From Acidobacteriota bacterium (GTDB lineage Bacteria > Acidobacteriota > Vicinamibacteria > Vicinamibacterales > SCN-69-37): a stretch of DNA of 51,409 nt. A program made the position numbers and the translations under genes. Numbering within the stretch: position 1 is the stretch's first letter; each line of letters starts with the position of its first letter. The notes under the pieces were generated by a model that worked only from the letters and a program-made list of their open reading frames with translations, did not search any database and had not been told where the DNA came from. The DNA lies in NCBI GenBank assembly GCA_024640135.1, contig JAHEFO010000001.1, forward strand, positions 10,035 to 61,443, given 5' to 3'. Shown here one piece after another: positions 23,455 to 33,187 of the stretch.

Positions 23455-26151
23455 ATGGCTGAATTCCGATCGCACCCGCCGGTGTCCGACTGGGACCACT
23501 ACGTCGACTTCGAATCGACGAGTTGGCCGAAGAAGGACCGCCGCAACTACTGGATCATTCCCAGCATCTGCTTCAACTGCGAGTCCGGGTGCGGCATCCT
23601 GGCGTACGTCGACAAGGACACGCTCGATGTTCGCAAGATCGAGGGCAATCCACTCCACCCGGGCAGCCGCGGTCGCACGTGTGCCAAGGGCGTGGTCACG
23701 CCCAATCAACTCGAAGATCCAGACCGCATCCTGCGTCCCCTCAAGCGCGTCGGCAAGCGCGGTAGCGGCGAGTGGGCCCCGGTCAGTTGGGACGAGGCCC
23801 TGGAGGACATCGGCGGCCGGATTCGGAAGGCGATTCTGGAAGACCGCCGGCGCGAGGTGATGTACCACGTGGGGCGTCCCGGCGAAGACGGCTACGTCAA
23901 CCGTGTCCTCCAGGCGTGGGGTCTCGACAGCCATAACAGTCACACCAACGTGTGTTCGTCCTCGGCACGCCTCGGGCATTTCTTGTGGACCGGGGCGGAT
24001 CGGCCGTCGCCGGATTATGCCCACGCGCGTACGATTCTCCTGCTTTCGTCACACCTCGAATCGGGTCACTACTTCAACCCTCACGCACAGCGCATCATTG
24101 AAGGCAAGACCAGGGGCGCCAAGCTCATCGTCATGGACCCGCGGATGTCGAACACGTCGGCAAAGGCAGATGTGTGGATGCCGACCAAACCGGGCACGGA
24201 AGCCGCAATCCTGCTGGCCATCGCAAGACACCTGATTGACACAGGGAGGTACAACCGGGAGTTCGTCAGGCGCTGGGTGAACTGGGAAACATACCTGACC
24301 ACAAGTCGGCCCGATCTGCCGGCAACGTTTGAGGCGTTTGAAGCGGCGTTGAAGGAAGAGTACGAGGTCTTCACGCCGGAGTACGCCGAGATCGAATCCG
24401 GTGTGCCGGCCCACAAGATCCTGGAGGCCGCCGAGGCGGTCGCTGACGCCGGCACGTCGTTCTGCACGCACAGTTGGCGTTCGGCTGCCGCAGGCCATCT
24501 CTGGGGATGGCAAATCACGCGTTGCCTGTACTTCCTCGTGGTGCTGATGGGCGCCGTCGGCGAGAAGGGGGGCGTGAACCTGCACGCCACCAACAAGTTC
24601 GTGCCGAAGCATCCGAATCCGCCGCCCGCTCCCGAGTACTGGAACGAGCTGTTGTTCCCGAAAGAATTCCCCCTCGCCTTTCACGAGATGAGTTTCCTGC
24701 TGCCGCACTTCCTCAAGGAAGGCCGGGGCAAGGTCGATGTGTATTTCACCCGGGTCTACAACCCGCTGTGGACCAATCCTGACGGCTTCTCGTGGATGGA
24801 AATGCTCGAAGACGAGTCGAAGATCGGATTGCACATCGCGCTGACGCCGATGTGGAGCGAAACGGCGTGGTTCGCGGACTACGTGCTCCCCATGGGCCTT
24901 GGCACCGAGCGGCACGACACCATGAGCCAGGAGACCCATGCCGGGCGTTGGCTCGGGTTCCGGCAACCCGTCAAGCGCGTGGCACTCGAGAAGAAGGGGA
25001 CGCCGGTCGGGACGACGCATGAGGCCAACCCTGGCGAAGTGTGGGAGGAGTCCGAGTTCTGGATCGCGCTCTCCTGGAAGATCGATCCCGATGGAACTCT
25101 CGGCATCCGCAAGTACTTCGAGTCACCCTACCGGGCGGGCGAGCAGATCACAGTGGACGAGTACTACGGCTGGATGTTCGAGAACTCCGTGCCGGGCTTG
25201 CCCGAAGCCGCAAGTGCGGAGGATCTGACACCGCTGCAGTACATGCGCAAGTACGGCGTCTTCAAGGTTGACGAAGTGGCGTACAGCAAGGCGCATGAGC
25301 AACCTGTGGAGGCCGGGGGCGTGGAAATCGATGGCGGCCGGCTTGCCGGTTTCAATACGCCATCCCGCAAGCTCGAATTCTTCTCGCCGACGCTGGCAGA
25401 GTGGGGTTGGCCCGAACACGCCATCCCGAGGTACGTGCCCGGGCAGGTGTACTGGCGCGACCTCGATCCATCAACGAACGAGTTCGACCTGTTGCCCAAC
25501 TTCCGGCTGCCGACGCTGATTCACACCAGAGCGCCCGTGAAATGGTTGTATGAAATCGCCCACAGCAATCCCTTGTGGATCGCTACCGGCGACGCGGAGC
25601 GATTGGGCATCGCCATGGGCGATCTGGTGAAGGTGAACACGGGCATCGGCTTCTTTGTCACGCGGGCGTGGGTCACCGAAGGGATCCGTCCCGGCGTCGT
25701 CGCCATGTCCCACCACCTGGGCCGGTGGCGACTGGACGAAGACCAGGGTGGAGCGCGCAATGCGACCGCGCTCGTGCGCATTGCCCGCGGCACCGACGGC
25801 CAGTACGAGATGCGACAGGTGCACGCCGCCCAGCCGTTCAAGAGCGGCGACGCCGACAGCGCCCGCGTCTGGTGGACCGAAATCGGCGTGCATCAGAACC
25901 TGACGTTCCCGGTGCAGCCGGATCCGGTCAGCGGAATGCACTGCTGGCACCAGCGGGTCCGGTTGGAGAAGGCCGGACCGGATGATTCGTACGGCGACAT
26001 CATGGTGGACACCGCGAAGTCACATCAGCTGTACTTGGAGTGGATGGCGAAGACGCGGCCGGCGCCCGGCCCCGACGGCACCAGGCGACCGCTCTGGTTC
26101 GACCGACCCTTGAAGCCCGTGCGGGCGGCCTACGACGTCCCCAAGGTCTGA
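23455..26151 (+). CDS. Molybdopterin (bis-MGD) oxidoreductase catalytic subunit, no Tat signal
   Basis: 898 aa. FS0 cluster motif CFNCESGCG...C(AKG) is present, with HTNVCSSSARLG as the candidate Mo-ligand region. Overall layout matches the DMSO-reductase family. Confidence 0.9.
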   Translation: MAEFRSHPPVSDWDHYVDFESTSWPKKDRRNYWIIPSICFNCESGCGILAYVDKDTLDVRKIEGNPLHPGSRGRTCAKGVVTPNQLEDPDRILRPLKRVGKRGSGEWAPVSWDEALEDIGGRIRKAILEDRRREVMYHVGRPGEDGYVNRVLQAWGLDSHNSHTNVCSSSARLGHFLWTGADRPSPDYAHARTILLLSSHLESGHYFNPHAQRIIEGKTRGAKLIVMDPRMSNTSAKADVWMPTKPGTEAAILLAIARHLIDTGRYNREFVRRWVNWETYLTTSRPDLPATFEAFEAALKEEYEVFTPEYAEIESGVPAHKILEAAEAVADAGTSFCTHSWRSAAAGHLWGWQITRCLYFLVVLMGAVGEKGGVNLHATNKFVPKHPNPPPAPEYWNELLFPKEFPLAFHEMSFLLPHFLKEGRGKVDVYFTRVYNPLWTNPDGFSWMEMLEDESKIGLHIALTPMWSETAWFADYVLPMGLGTERHDTMSQETHAGRWLGFRQPVKRVALEKKGTPVGTTHEANPGEVWEESEFWIALSWKIDPDGTLGIRKYFESPYRAGEQITVDEYYGWMFENSVPGLPEAASAEDLTPLQYMRKYGVFKVDEVAYSKAHEQPVEAGGVEIDGGRLAGFNTPSRKLEFFSPTLAEWGWPEHAIPRYVPGQVYWRDLDPSTNEFDLLPNFRLPTLIHTRAPVKWLYEIAHSNPLWIATGDAERLGIAMGDLVKVNTGIGFFVTRAWVTEGIRPGVVAMSHHLGRWRLDEDQGGARNATALVRIARGTDGQYEMRQVHAAQPFKSGDADSARVWWTEIGVHQNLTFPVQPDPVSGMHCWHQRVRLEKAGPDDSYGDIMVDTAKSHQLYLEWMAKTRPAPGPDGTRRPLWFDRPLKPVRAAYDVPKV

Positions 26152-26180
26152 AGACCCGGCACTCCGGTCTCCGGTCGCCC

Positions 26181-27173
26181 CTATCGTTGGGGCTCAACGG
26201 ACGCCAGGGTGACGTTGGCGCCCGCCCAGATCATGTCGTCGGTGATGGTGAGGCTGCCGTCGGTGCTGGCGAACTGAATCGGCGTCCCGCGAATGGTCAA
26301 CGTGGACGCGATTCCGGCGGGCAACGCAAAGGACTGGAAACGCTCGGTCGGCAACCGCACGGTGAAGCCTGTGGCAAGAAACTCTTCGAGAGCCCCACGG
26401 ATATCGACCCGGTCGAGGACGAAGCCACACAGGCCGCCGGCCGCGTCCAGGGTCTTCTGCACGAGATCCCAGGACGCCTTCGAGGGCGTCACGCGGACCA
26501 CAATCCGCAGGGGCGGAAAGCGCGGCGTGAGCAGAATCGCATCGTCCGTCCGGGACAAATGGAGTGTGCCCGACAGGCGGTAGGTGGCCGGCCTGACTGT
26601 TCCAGTCACGATCTCCTTGAGCGGCAGGTCTCCACAGACCGCGCCGCCCACGGCACTGCCGCTCCAGCGAAAGTCGATCGCGGCCGAACCGGTCCCTGAC
26701 GCGATCCGGACGGGCAGCGCCAGGCTCAGACGGTTCCCGCCAAACTCGATGTCTGGGACACCGGTCGTCAAACGCGCCGCCACCCGCATGACGGTCACGC
26801 TGAGGTCGTACTCACCCAGTGTCACAACGCGCCGCACGTCGCCCTGCCGGCGGACTTGCAGTCCTTCCAGCTGCAAGGTCACGTGCTCGGGCAGTCCGGT
26901 CACAACCGCAGCAATCATGCTGCTGGCGAGCGTCGTCGGCATGCCGACTCGCAACTCGCGATCCGGCAGGCCGTTCAGACGAGGGTCCTGACTCATCGCA
27001 CGCAGGACGTAGGACTGAAGGCGGTCCCGCTGCGCACGCAGAGCCGTGATGTCAGCCCGCAGATCCCTGGTTGTCCGCCGGCCCTCCCGAGTCCGGCTCA
27101 CCACGGCATCCATCACGATGACGGCGACGACGATGGCCACCCCTCCCATGAACAGGATGCGGCGTGCCGTCAT
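26181..27173 (-). CDS. Membrane-anchored hypothetical protein (TM helix, coiled coil, beta-rich domain)
   Basis: Start at MTARRILFMGGVAIVVAVIVM, overlapping the upstream stop (ATGA). No family was recognised. Confidence 0.6.
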   Translation of the reverse strand: MTARRILFMGGVAIVVAVIVMDAVVSRTREGRRTTRDLRADITALRAQRDRLQSYVLRAMSQDPRLNGLPDRELRVGMPTTLASSMIAAVVTGLPEHVTLQLEGLQVRRQGDVRRVVTLGEYDLSVTVMRVAARLTTGVPDIEFGGNRLSLALPVRIASGTGSAAIDFRWSGSAVGGAVCGDLPLKEIVTGTVRPATYRLSGTLHLSRTDDAILLTPRFPPLRIVVRVTPSKASWDLVQKTLDAAGGLCGFVLDRVDIRGALEEFLATGFTVRLPTERFQSFALPAGIASTLTIRGTPIQFASTDGSLTITDDMIWAGANVTLASVEPQR

Positions 27174-27904
27174 GGCGTCGCCCTGCCGAGTTGGCCGACA
27201 TCGACATGGAGACTGATCCACAGCCGCCGCTCCATCGCCAGCACGCGCGACACGACCACCTTGATCGGGAGGCGCAGCCCGTTCAGCCTGATCGGACCGC
27301 TGGTGACGGGGGGAATGTCGAGGTCGTCCTGGATGCGCACGGGAATCTCGATGGTCGGCAGTTGTTCGTCCACCGACTGGCGAAGGAGTCGGGCGACATC
27401 GTCGAGCGATGCACCACTGAGAAAGGACTCGATCCCGGACACGCGCTCAATGTCGAGATGATCGGCCGTCATCGCCGCATGCAGGGTTGAAGTTGTCTGG
27501 TCGATCTCGATGTCGCTCAGGGCGGCGATGAGTCCGACGGTGGCTTCAAGGGCGACCACCCCGTCCCGAGCGATGGTGCCGCGCAGGCGTGCGGCGGGCG
27601 CGCCGCTGAAGCCGACTTCCACGTGCGTGAGCGTGACCGTGTAGGGCCCCGAGGTCACGTCGATCGGCAGACGCGCGGCGACCAGCCGCTGAACGAACGC
27701 TTCATCAATCGCGATGAGCATGTCGTTGGCGGGGAGGACAGGGTCTCCGCGATCGAGTCGCTCGGCGGATTCGCGAAGTCCCGCGAGCTCACGTTCGAGG
27801 ATCGCCTTCTCGGCCTCCAGGGGGCCGGCACCCGCGTACCGATCCGCACACGCCGAACCGACGGCAGCCAGCAGCGCAAGGGCGGCAAGGGAGGCCAGGC
27901 GCAT
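27170..27904 (-). CDS. Putative lipoprotein (hypothetical), with the same layout as its downstream neighbour
   Basis: Start at MRLASLAALALLAAVGSAC (lipobox-like), followed by a coiled-coil-like LEAEKAILERELAGLRESAERL and then a beta-rich domain. The upstream part of the 360-aa track ORF is non-protein-like. Confidence 0.6.
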   Translation of the reverse strand: MRLASLAALALLAAVGSACADRYAGAGPLEAEKAILERELAGLRESAERLDRGDPVLPANDMLIAIDEAFVQRLVAARLPIDVTSGPYTVTLTHVEVGFSGAPAARLRGTIARDGVVALEATVGLIAALSDIEIDQTTSTLHAAMTADHLDIERVSGIESFLSGASLDDVARLLRQSVDEQLPTIEIPVRIQDDLDIPPVTSGPIRLNGLRLPIKVVVSRVLAMERRLWISLHVDVGQLGRATP

Positions 27905-28012
27905 GCGCGTCACCCCTCGAGAGTGGACCTCATCGGTGTCTATGCTATCGAAGTATCCCGCCGGCCACGACCCATCCGATTCGCCCACTCGTGGTCTATT
28001 ATCTGGCTCACC

Positions 28013-29743
28013 ATGGGAAAGAACCTCCTTCCACGCCTCTTCGTCGCCCTGGCGATGGTGTTCACCGGCGCGCTGTGGGTTGGCATAGGGGCCCAGTCCG
28101 CTGACGTGACCCAACTCGTCGCCAAGGCAGACCGGATCATCTCCGCTGCCGCGGCGAGAGTCGGACCGGCGGCGCCAGGATGCGCCGCCGGGATCTCGCT
28201 CGACGGTCGCTCGGTCTACCAGCGTGCGTTCGGCATGGCCGACCTCGAGCACGACATCCCGAACACCCCCGACACCATCTTCGAATCAGGGTCGGTCGCA
28301 AAGCAATTCACCGCCGCGTCAATCGCGCTGCTGGCCATCGACGGGAAACTGGGACTGGATGACGAGGTGCGAAAGTACGTCCCCGAACTGCCCGACTACG
28401 GGGCGCCGCTCTCCATTCGTCATCTACTGAACCACACCGGCGGCGTGCGTGACTGGGGCGCCGTGCTTGCGCTCACCGGATCCGGCCGAGGTGACCGCAT
28501 CGTGACGCAGGACCTGGCGCTTGACGTCATCGTCCATCAGCGAGCGCTCGATTTCACGCCCGGTGACGAGTACTCGTACTCCAACAGCGGCTACACGCTC
28601 CTCTCGACCATCGTCGAGCGGGTCTCCGGCCAGAGCCTCCCGGTGTTCACGGAGGAGCGATTCTTCAAGCCCCTCGAGATGACGCACTCGTCCTGGCGCG
28701 ACGACTACCGGACCATCGTCCCCAACCGGGCGCAGGCGTATGCCGGACAGGGCACGGGCCCCTGGAGGCTCGCCATGCCGTTCATGAACGTCTACGGCAA
28801 CGGCGGTATGCTCACGACCGTCGGCGACTGGCTGACGTGGAACGCGATGCTCGACTCCCGATCCCTCGGCGGACGACTGGTCGATGAACTGGAGACCACA
28901 GGCGTCCTCAACGACGGCCGGCCGATTACCTATGCGCTTGGCTTGACCGTCAACCAGTACAAGGGACAGCGCCAAGTGGCGCACGGCGGCTCGACGGCCG
29001 GCTACCAGACGTACCTCGCGCGATATCCGGACCTGAAGCTCTCGGTTGCGGTGCTGTGCAATGGATCGTCGAGTGGGCCAGCCGCACTGGCGCACGAACT
29101 GGTCGACGCGGTCGCCGGGCCGTTCCCTGCCACGCCCGCGACACCGGTGGAGACGATAGCGATAGGCGAAGACGCACTGCGGTCGCACGCGTCGCTGTGG
29201 CGTCACGAGAAGACCCACCTGCCGGCGCGCACGGTGTTTGAAAACGGCATGCTTCGGCTGTCGGGAGGCGCCGTCCTGCGCCCGCTGCGTGACGGCTCGT
29301 TTCAGGCTGGCCAGGGCCCCGGACGCTGGCGATTCGAGCCGGGAACCCGCGGCGGGCCGGGAACGGCAACGGTGGCCCCGGACGGTGACCGCTACATCGC
29401 CGAGGGCCCATGGACGCCGACGTCCGCCGATCTTGCCGAGGTTGCGGGCGACTGGCACAGTGACGAGGCCGACGCGACGTTCACGATTCTCGTCGAGGAT
29501 GGGCAGGCGTTCTTCGTCCAGCGGCCCGCCACGCGAATTGCACTGCGTCCGCTGTATCAGGATCACTTCACGATTGGAGACGGCGACGGCCGGATCATGT
29601 GGTTCACGCGTGACGCGGCGGGCCGGGTCACGACGCTGCATATCGGCGTCTCGCGGATGCGCGACATGCCGTTCACGCGGGTGTCCCGCCGGGATGCGAG
29701 CTCCTCAGCGGCTGAGTTTGCTGACGACCGAGTACGCCAGTAG
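28013..29743 (+). CDS. Serine hydrolase of the beta-lactamase / PBP (class C-like) family with an extra C-terminal domain
   Basis: Start at MGKNLLPRLFVALAMVF (signal or anchor). SxxK motif SVAKQF, YSN motif YSYSNSGY and HGG (AHGGSTAGY) are present. A TATTAT box lies at 27997-28002, 10 nt upstream. Confidence 0.85.
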   Translation: MGKNLLPRLFVALAMVFTGALWVGIGAQSADVTQLVAKADRIISAAAARVGPAAPGCAAGISLDGRSVYQRAFGMADLEHDIPNTPDTIFESGSVAKQFTAASIALLAIDGKLGLDDEVRKYVPELPDYGAPLSIRHLLNHTGGVRDWGAVLALTGSGRGDRIVTQDLALDVIVHQRALDFTPGDEYSYSNSGYTLLSTIVERVSGQSLPVFTEERFFKPLEMTHSSWRDDYRTIVPNRAQAYAGQGTGPWRLAMPFMNVYGNGGMLTTVGDWLTWNAMLDSRSLGGRLVDELETTGVLNDGRPITYALGLTVNQYKGQRQVAHGGSTAGYQTYLARYPDLKLSVAVLCNGSSSGPAALAHELVDAVAGPFPATPATPVETIAIGEDALRSHASLWRHEKTHLPARTVFENGMLRLSGGAVLRPLRDGSFQAGQGPGRWRFEPGTRGGPGTATVAPDGDRYIAEGPWTPTSADLAEVAGDWHSDEADATFTILVEDGQAFFVQRPATRIALRPLYQDHFTIGDGDGRIMWFTRDAAGRVTTLHIGVSRMRDMPFTRVSRRDASSSAAEFADDRVRQ

Positions 29744-30004
29744 CATGAGGACGATGGCCGCGGCAGCGGCGAAGGACCGTTCCTGCATTTGCCATTCGAC
29801 GATCAACACGTCCACCACGTTGAGCACTGGAATCGCCACCAGCATGGCCAGTCCCAGCCACACCAGCGCCTCGGCCACGGGTGCGGCCGGTCCCGAGACA
29901 AGCAGCGACAGAACGAGGCCCAGGGCAAGGGTGGCGGAGGTCGCCATCAGCGCCATTCTCATGGCGCGCCCCAGCGCGGTCAACGGGGCTTTCTGGGTCG
30001 TCAT
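29705..30004 (-). CDS. DUF1634-like small membrane protein
   Basis: Three hydrophobic segments. The start at MTTQKAP overlaps the TauE stop (ATGA). It has the usual pairing with a TauE/SafE gene. Confidence 0.7.
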   Translation of the reverse strand: MTTQKAPLTALGRAMRMALMATSATLALGLVLSLLVSGPAAPVAEALVWLGLAMLVAIPVLNVVDVLIVEWQMQERSFAAAAAIVLMLLAYSVVSKLSR

Positions 30005-30813
30005 CGCAACCACAAGTACTCAACGGCGACGATGGTGAGGATCACCGCCATCAGGATTTTCAGTGACCGGACTTTGACCCTGGCACCGATCCAGAATCCG
30101 GTCCGCGACCCGGCAAGGACGCCGAGCACGGCGGCAGCGGCCAGGATCGGCCTTGTCAGGTGGCCGTCTGCGAAGTTGTCGACCACGCCGGGAATCGCGG
30201 TCACGCCGAGAATGACCGCGCTGGTCGCGGCAGCCACGCGCATCGGCACGCCACACCAGGAGTTGAGCGCCGGCACCACAAGGACGCCACCGCCTATCCC
30301 GGCAAGCGTGGAGATGATCCCGGCCCCGCCAGCGACGCCGAGTGCCAACGGGAAGCGCTTGAGACGGTAGGCCACGAGCCCACCGGTGTCGGGATCCTCA
30401 ACCCAGCCGCCAAGGACGCCGACATCCTCAACGGACCCATGCAGCACGTTGCGATAGTTCAGCCTCGAGAGCATCACCGCGGCCACCAGGACGGCGATTC
30501 CGCCGAAGATCTGTTCGCGGGTTCTCGCGGAGATGACGTCGAGGATATAGGTCCCGGCAATCGCCCCCACTGCCGACACCACCTGCAACACCATGGCGAG
30601 GCGCACATTCGAGGACTTGCGACCGGCAGAGGCCAATGAGACGAAGTTCGAGGTGGCGATCACCGTGACGAGGCTGATCGCGGCAGCCTGCGCGAGCGGC
30701 AATCCCAACGCGATATTCAGGATGGGCACCAGAAAGATGCCCCCGCCCAGCCCCAGGAGTGCGCCCAGACTGCCGGCTCCGATGCCAGACAGGAAAATGA
30801 AAATGACGTCCAT
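30001..30813 (-). CDS. Sulfite exporter TauE/SafE family membrane protein
   Basis: 270 aa and polytopic, with repeated GxGGG motifs (LGLGGGIFLVP, LAGIGGGVLVVP). Confidence 0.85.
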   Translation of the reverse strand: MDVIFIFLSGIGAGSLGALLGLGGGIFLVPILNIALGLPLAQAAAISLVTVIATSNFVSLASAGRKSSNVRLAMVLQVVSAVGAIAGTYILDVISARTREQIFGGIAVLVAAVMLSRLNYRNVLHGSVEDVGVLGGWVEDPDTGGLVAYRLKRFPLALGVAGGAGIISTLAGIGGGVLVVPALNSWCGVPMRVAAATSAVILGVTAIPGVVDNFADGHLTRPILAAAAVLGVLAGSRTGFWIGARVKVRSLKILMAVILTIVAVEYLWLR

Positions 30814-30870
30814 GGGCGGCCTTGATTGTATGTGACGCGAAGACCTGTGGGCCAGCGACCAGCCCTGGCT

Positions 30871-31788
30871 TCACGTCAAATGGGGCCTCAGCACAGCGTA
30901 GAGCGCTCGCATCATCGGGGTCTCTACTCCCACGGCCCGGCCACGTCGAACGACCGAACCGGGCAGCGACTCGACTTCGATGCGCTTGCCGACTGACAGA
31001 TCGATGAGCAGAGATGACCTCGTCGATGGAGGAATACCGCCGGTGTAGGCTGCCACCGTGTCGAGGATGTCGGCTGCGACGTTGATGCCTGTCGCGCGCG
31101 CGACGCGTTCAACCTCCCGTACCGCGTCCAGGAATGCCGACCGGCTTTCCTCGGTGCTCCACAGCGGGCCAATGGGCAGCCGGGCCGCGCCAGTGAAGGC
31201 GGCAAACGGCGCCAGGTAGACGAACTTTTCCCACAGCGGCACGCGCGCGTCGGCCACCGGCTCGGCCTGAATGTCAGCCGCAATCATGAGGTCGGCCAGC
31301 GCCCGGACTCTCGGCGTGACATCGGCCGGAGGATCGAACACCTCGCCGAACACAATGCGCCGGTGTGAGCCGGTCTGGCGAATGACGCCAGGACCATCAA
31401 TTGCGGTGGCGATATAGGTCGGCCCGGCGATGACCGCGGCCTTCCCAACCACCCGCGCCAGGTCTTCGGCGCTGTCCACCCCGTTCTGCAACGTGAGTAC
31501 AGTCGTGCCCTTGTGCATCAGCCCGCGTGCCATGGGAAGTGCGGAACCGTTGTCGTAGGTCTTGACCGCGATGATGACGACATCGACGGGACCAATGCGC
31601 GACGGGTCGTCCTCGGCAGGGACGTTGACGGTGAAATCGCCTTGGACGCCGACAATGCGGAGTCCGTTGGCGCGAATCGCGTCGCGATGCGCGCCCCTCG
31701 CCACGAAGCTGACGTCCGCCCCCGCCCTGGCCAACAGGGCTCCGTAGTACCCTCCCACAGCCCCTGCCCCGAGAATCGCAATCTTCAT
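30871..31788 (-). CDS. panE: 2-dehydropantoate 2-reductase (ApbA/PanE family)
   Basis: Start at MKIAILGAGAVGGYYGALLARAG. Family-typical length of 305 aa. The upstream track extension is junk. Confidence 0.8.
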   Translation of the reverse strand: MKIAILGAGAVGGYYGALLARAGADVSFVARGAHRDAIRANGLRIVGVQGDFTVNVPAEDDPSRIGPVDVVIIAVKTYDNGSALPMARGLMHKGTTVLTLQNGVDSAEDLARVVGKAAVIAGPTYIATAIDGPGVIRQTGSHRRIVFGEVFDPPADVTPRVRALADLMIAADIQAEPVADARVPLWEKFVYLAPFAAFTGAARLPIGPLWSTEESRSAFLDAVREVERVARATGINVAADILDTVAAYTGGIPPSTRSSLLIDLSVGKRIEVESLPGSVVRRGRAVGVETPMMRALYAVLRPHLT

Positions 31789-31810
31789 CCACCACTCCCC
31801 AACAAGACGT

Positions 31811-33187
31811 CTACGTTGCACCCCGAAAAATGCGTTCGACCCGGTAACGGCCACCGGGCAGCGGCGACAGCAGCATGAGTTCCGCCGGGGCGCCGATGCC
31901 AATCGGTGCATCCACGGCGCCCTCCGGTAGTGACAGTTCGCTCCCCACTTCCGCGCCTTCCTGCAGCGGCGCCAACACTTTTCCGGTGCCATCCACTTCG
32001 AACAGTCCGCCCGCGGTGCGCAAATCGCCGATGTCTTCCACCGTGTGCAGGATCACTACCGCTCGTCGGTCGTCCGTCACACGCACCCGGCGGTTCGCGA
32101 CCAGCCCGACATCACCTGTGAACGGTGGAATTCCGGTGCCGCTCACTATCGTGACGTTTCGAATGACGGTGTAGAACCCGCCGGTCTCGTTCTCGGGCAG
32201 TGAGTCGTATCGATCCGGATCAGCCTGGTGCACCGTCCCGTCCGCCAGCGCGTGCAACGCGTGGATCAGGGCGGTGTAGTTGAGGCGAATCAACATCGGA
32301 TCGGGCTCCGCCTCGGGCCATGGCCCGGTCTCGATGAGCAGGACCGGTGTTCCCCACAGCGTGAGATTGTCGCCGAAAGCGCGCACCTCAAAGCTGTCGT
32401 CATACCGGCCGATTCGGTGCAGGGCGAACGGCTCCAGCGCATCACGCACCACCGCGCCGAGGCGCCGGGTCAGCAGTCGCCCCTCCGTCATGGACCGCGC
32501 CTCGTCCTGCGCCACCGACAACAGCGAGATCGCCGCGCCCTTCGGCGGCTTTCCAACCGTCGTGCGCCAGCTCTGATTGTGCAGGTTGAAGCCGATGGCC
32601 GGCTCCAGCGAGTCCCGGAGCTCCTTCAACAGACGTCCCTCTGGCGTCTGCAGCAACAACGCATCGCGATTGACGTCGATGCCCTGCACGTTGCGGCGCT
32701 GAAACCGCTCAGCGCCATCAGGATTCAGCATCGGCACCGTGTGAACGGTCAGCGCGGACAACAACTGCCGCACCGCCGGCTCCGCTTCGTGCCTCCTGAT
32801 GTATTCGTAGAGGTCGAAGAGCGCGGACGTCGCGGTCGGCTCGTCGCCGTGCATTTGCGACCACATCAGGACCACGAAGGGGCCGGTGCCAAACGTGACG
32901 TCCCACACCTCCCGGCCCTCGAGCGACCGTCCGACCTCTCGGACGCGCAGCACATCGGCCCCGGCTGAAGCGATGGCCTGCACTCGCGACTTCACCTCGG
33001 CATGATCGACGAGCGGCGAGACTGGCGACGAAACGTGCTCGGCGTCCCACATCCGGGCGAGGACGGGAGGCGAGGGCGCACTCGACCGCTGCGCGAACAC
33101 ACTGGCTGAAAGCAGGATGCCGACACCAATCCACACACAGGCGCCGGCGGGAGCGGCGCCGCCGCGGACGGTCGGCCTCCGCGTCAC
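31811..33187 (-). CDS. Secreted M14-family zinc carboxypeptidase
   Basis: Has a signal peptide, the HGDE zinc motif (WSQMHGDEP), NPDG and VNRD. Confidence 0.8.
   Translation of the reverse strand: MTRRPTVRGGAAPAGACVWIGVGILLSASVFAQRSSAPSPPVLARMWDAEHVSSPVSPLVDHAEVKSRVQAIASAGADVLRVREVGRSLEGREVWDVTFGTGPFVVLMWSQMHGDEPTATSALFDLYEYIRRHEAEPAVRQLLSALTVHTVPMLNPDGAERFQRRNVQGIDVNRDALLLQTPEGRLLKELRDSLEPAIGFNLHNQSWRTTVGKPPKGAAISLLSVAQDEARSMTEGRLLTRRLGAVVRDALEPFALHRIGRYDDSFEVRAFGDNLTLWGTPVLLIETGPWPEAEPDPMLIRLNYTALIHALHALADGTVHQADPDRYDSLPENETGGFYTVIRNVTIVSGTGIPPFTGDVGLVANRRVRVTDDRRAVVILHTVEDIGDLRTAGGLFEVDGTGKVLAPLQEGAEVGSELSLPEGAVDAPIGIGAPAELMLLSPLPGGRYRVERIFRGAT

Noticed and set aside
23455-23580. The 'RR' in KKDRRNYWIIPS as a Tat signal for the molybdopterin subunit
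   Set aside because: No hydrophobic h-region or AxA cleavage site follows it. The FS0 cysteine motif begins only a few residues later, so this is part of the mature domain.
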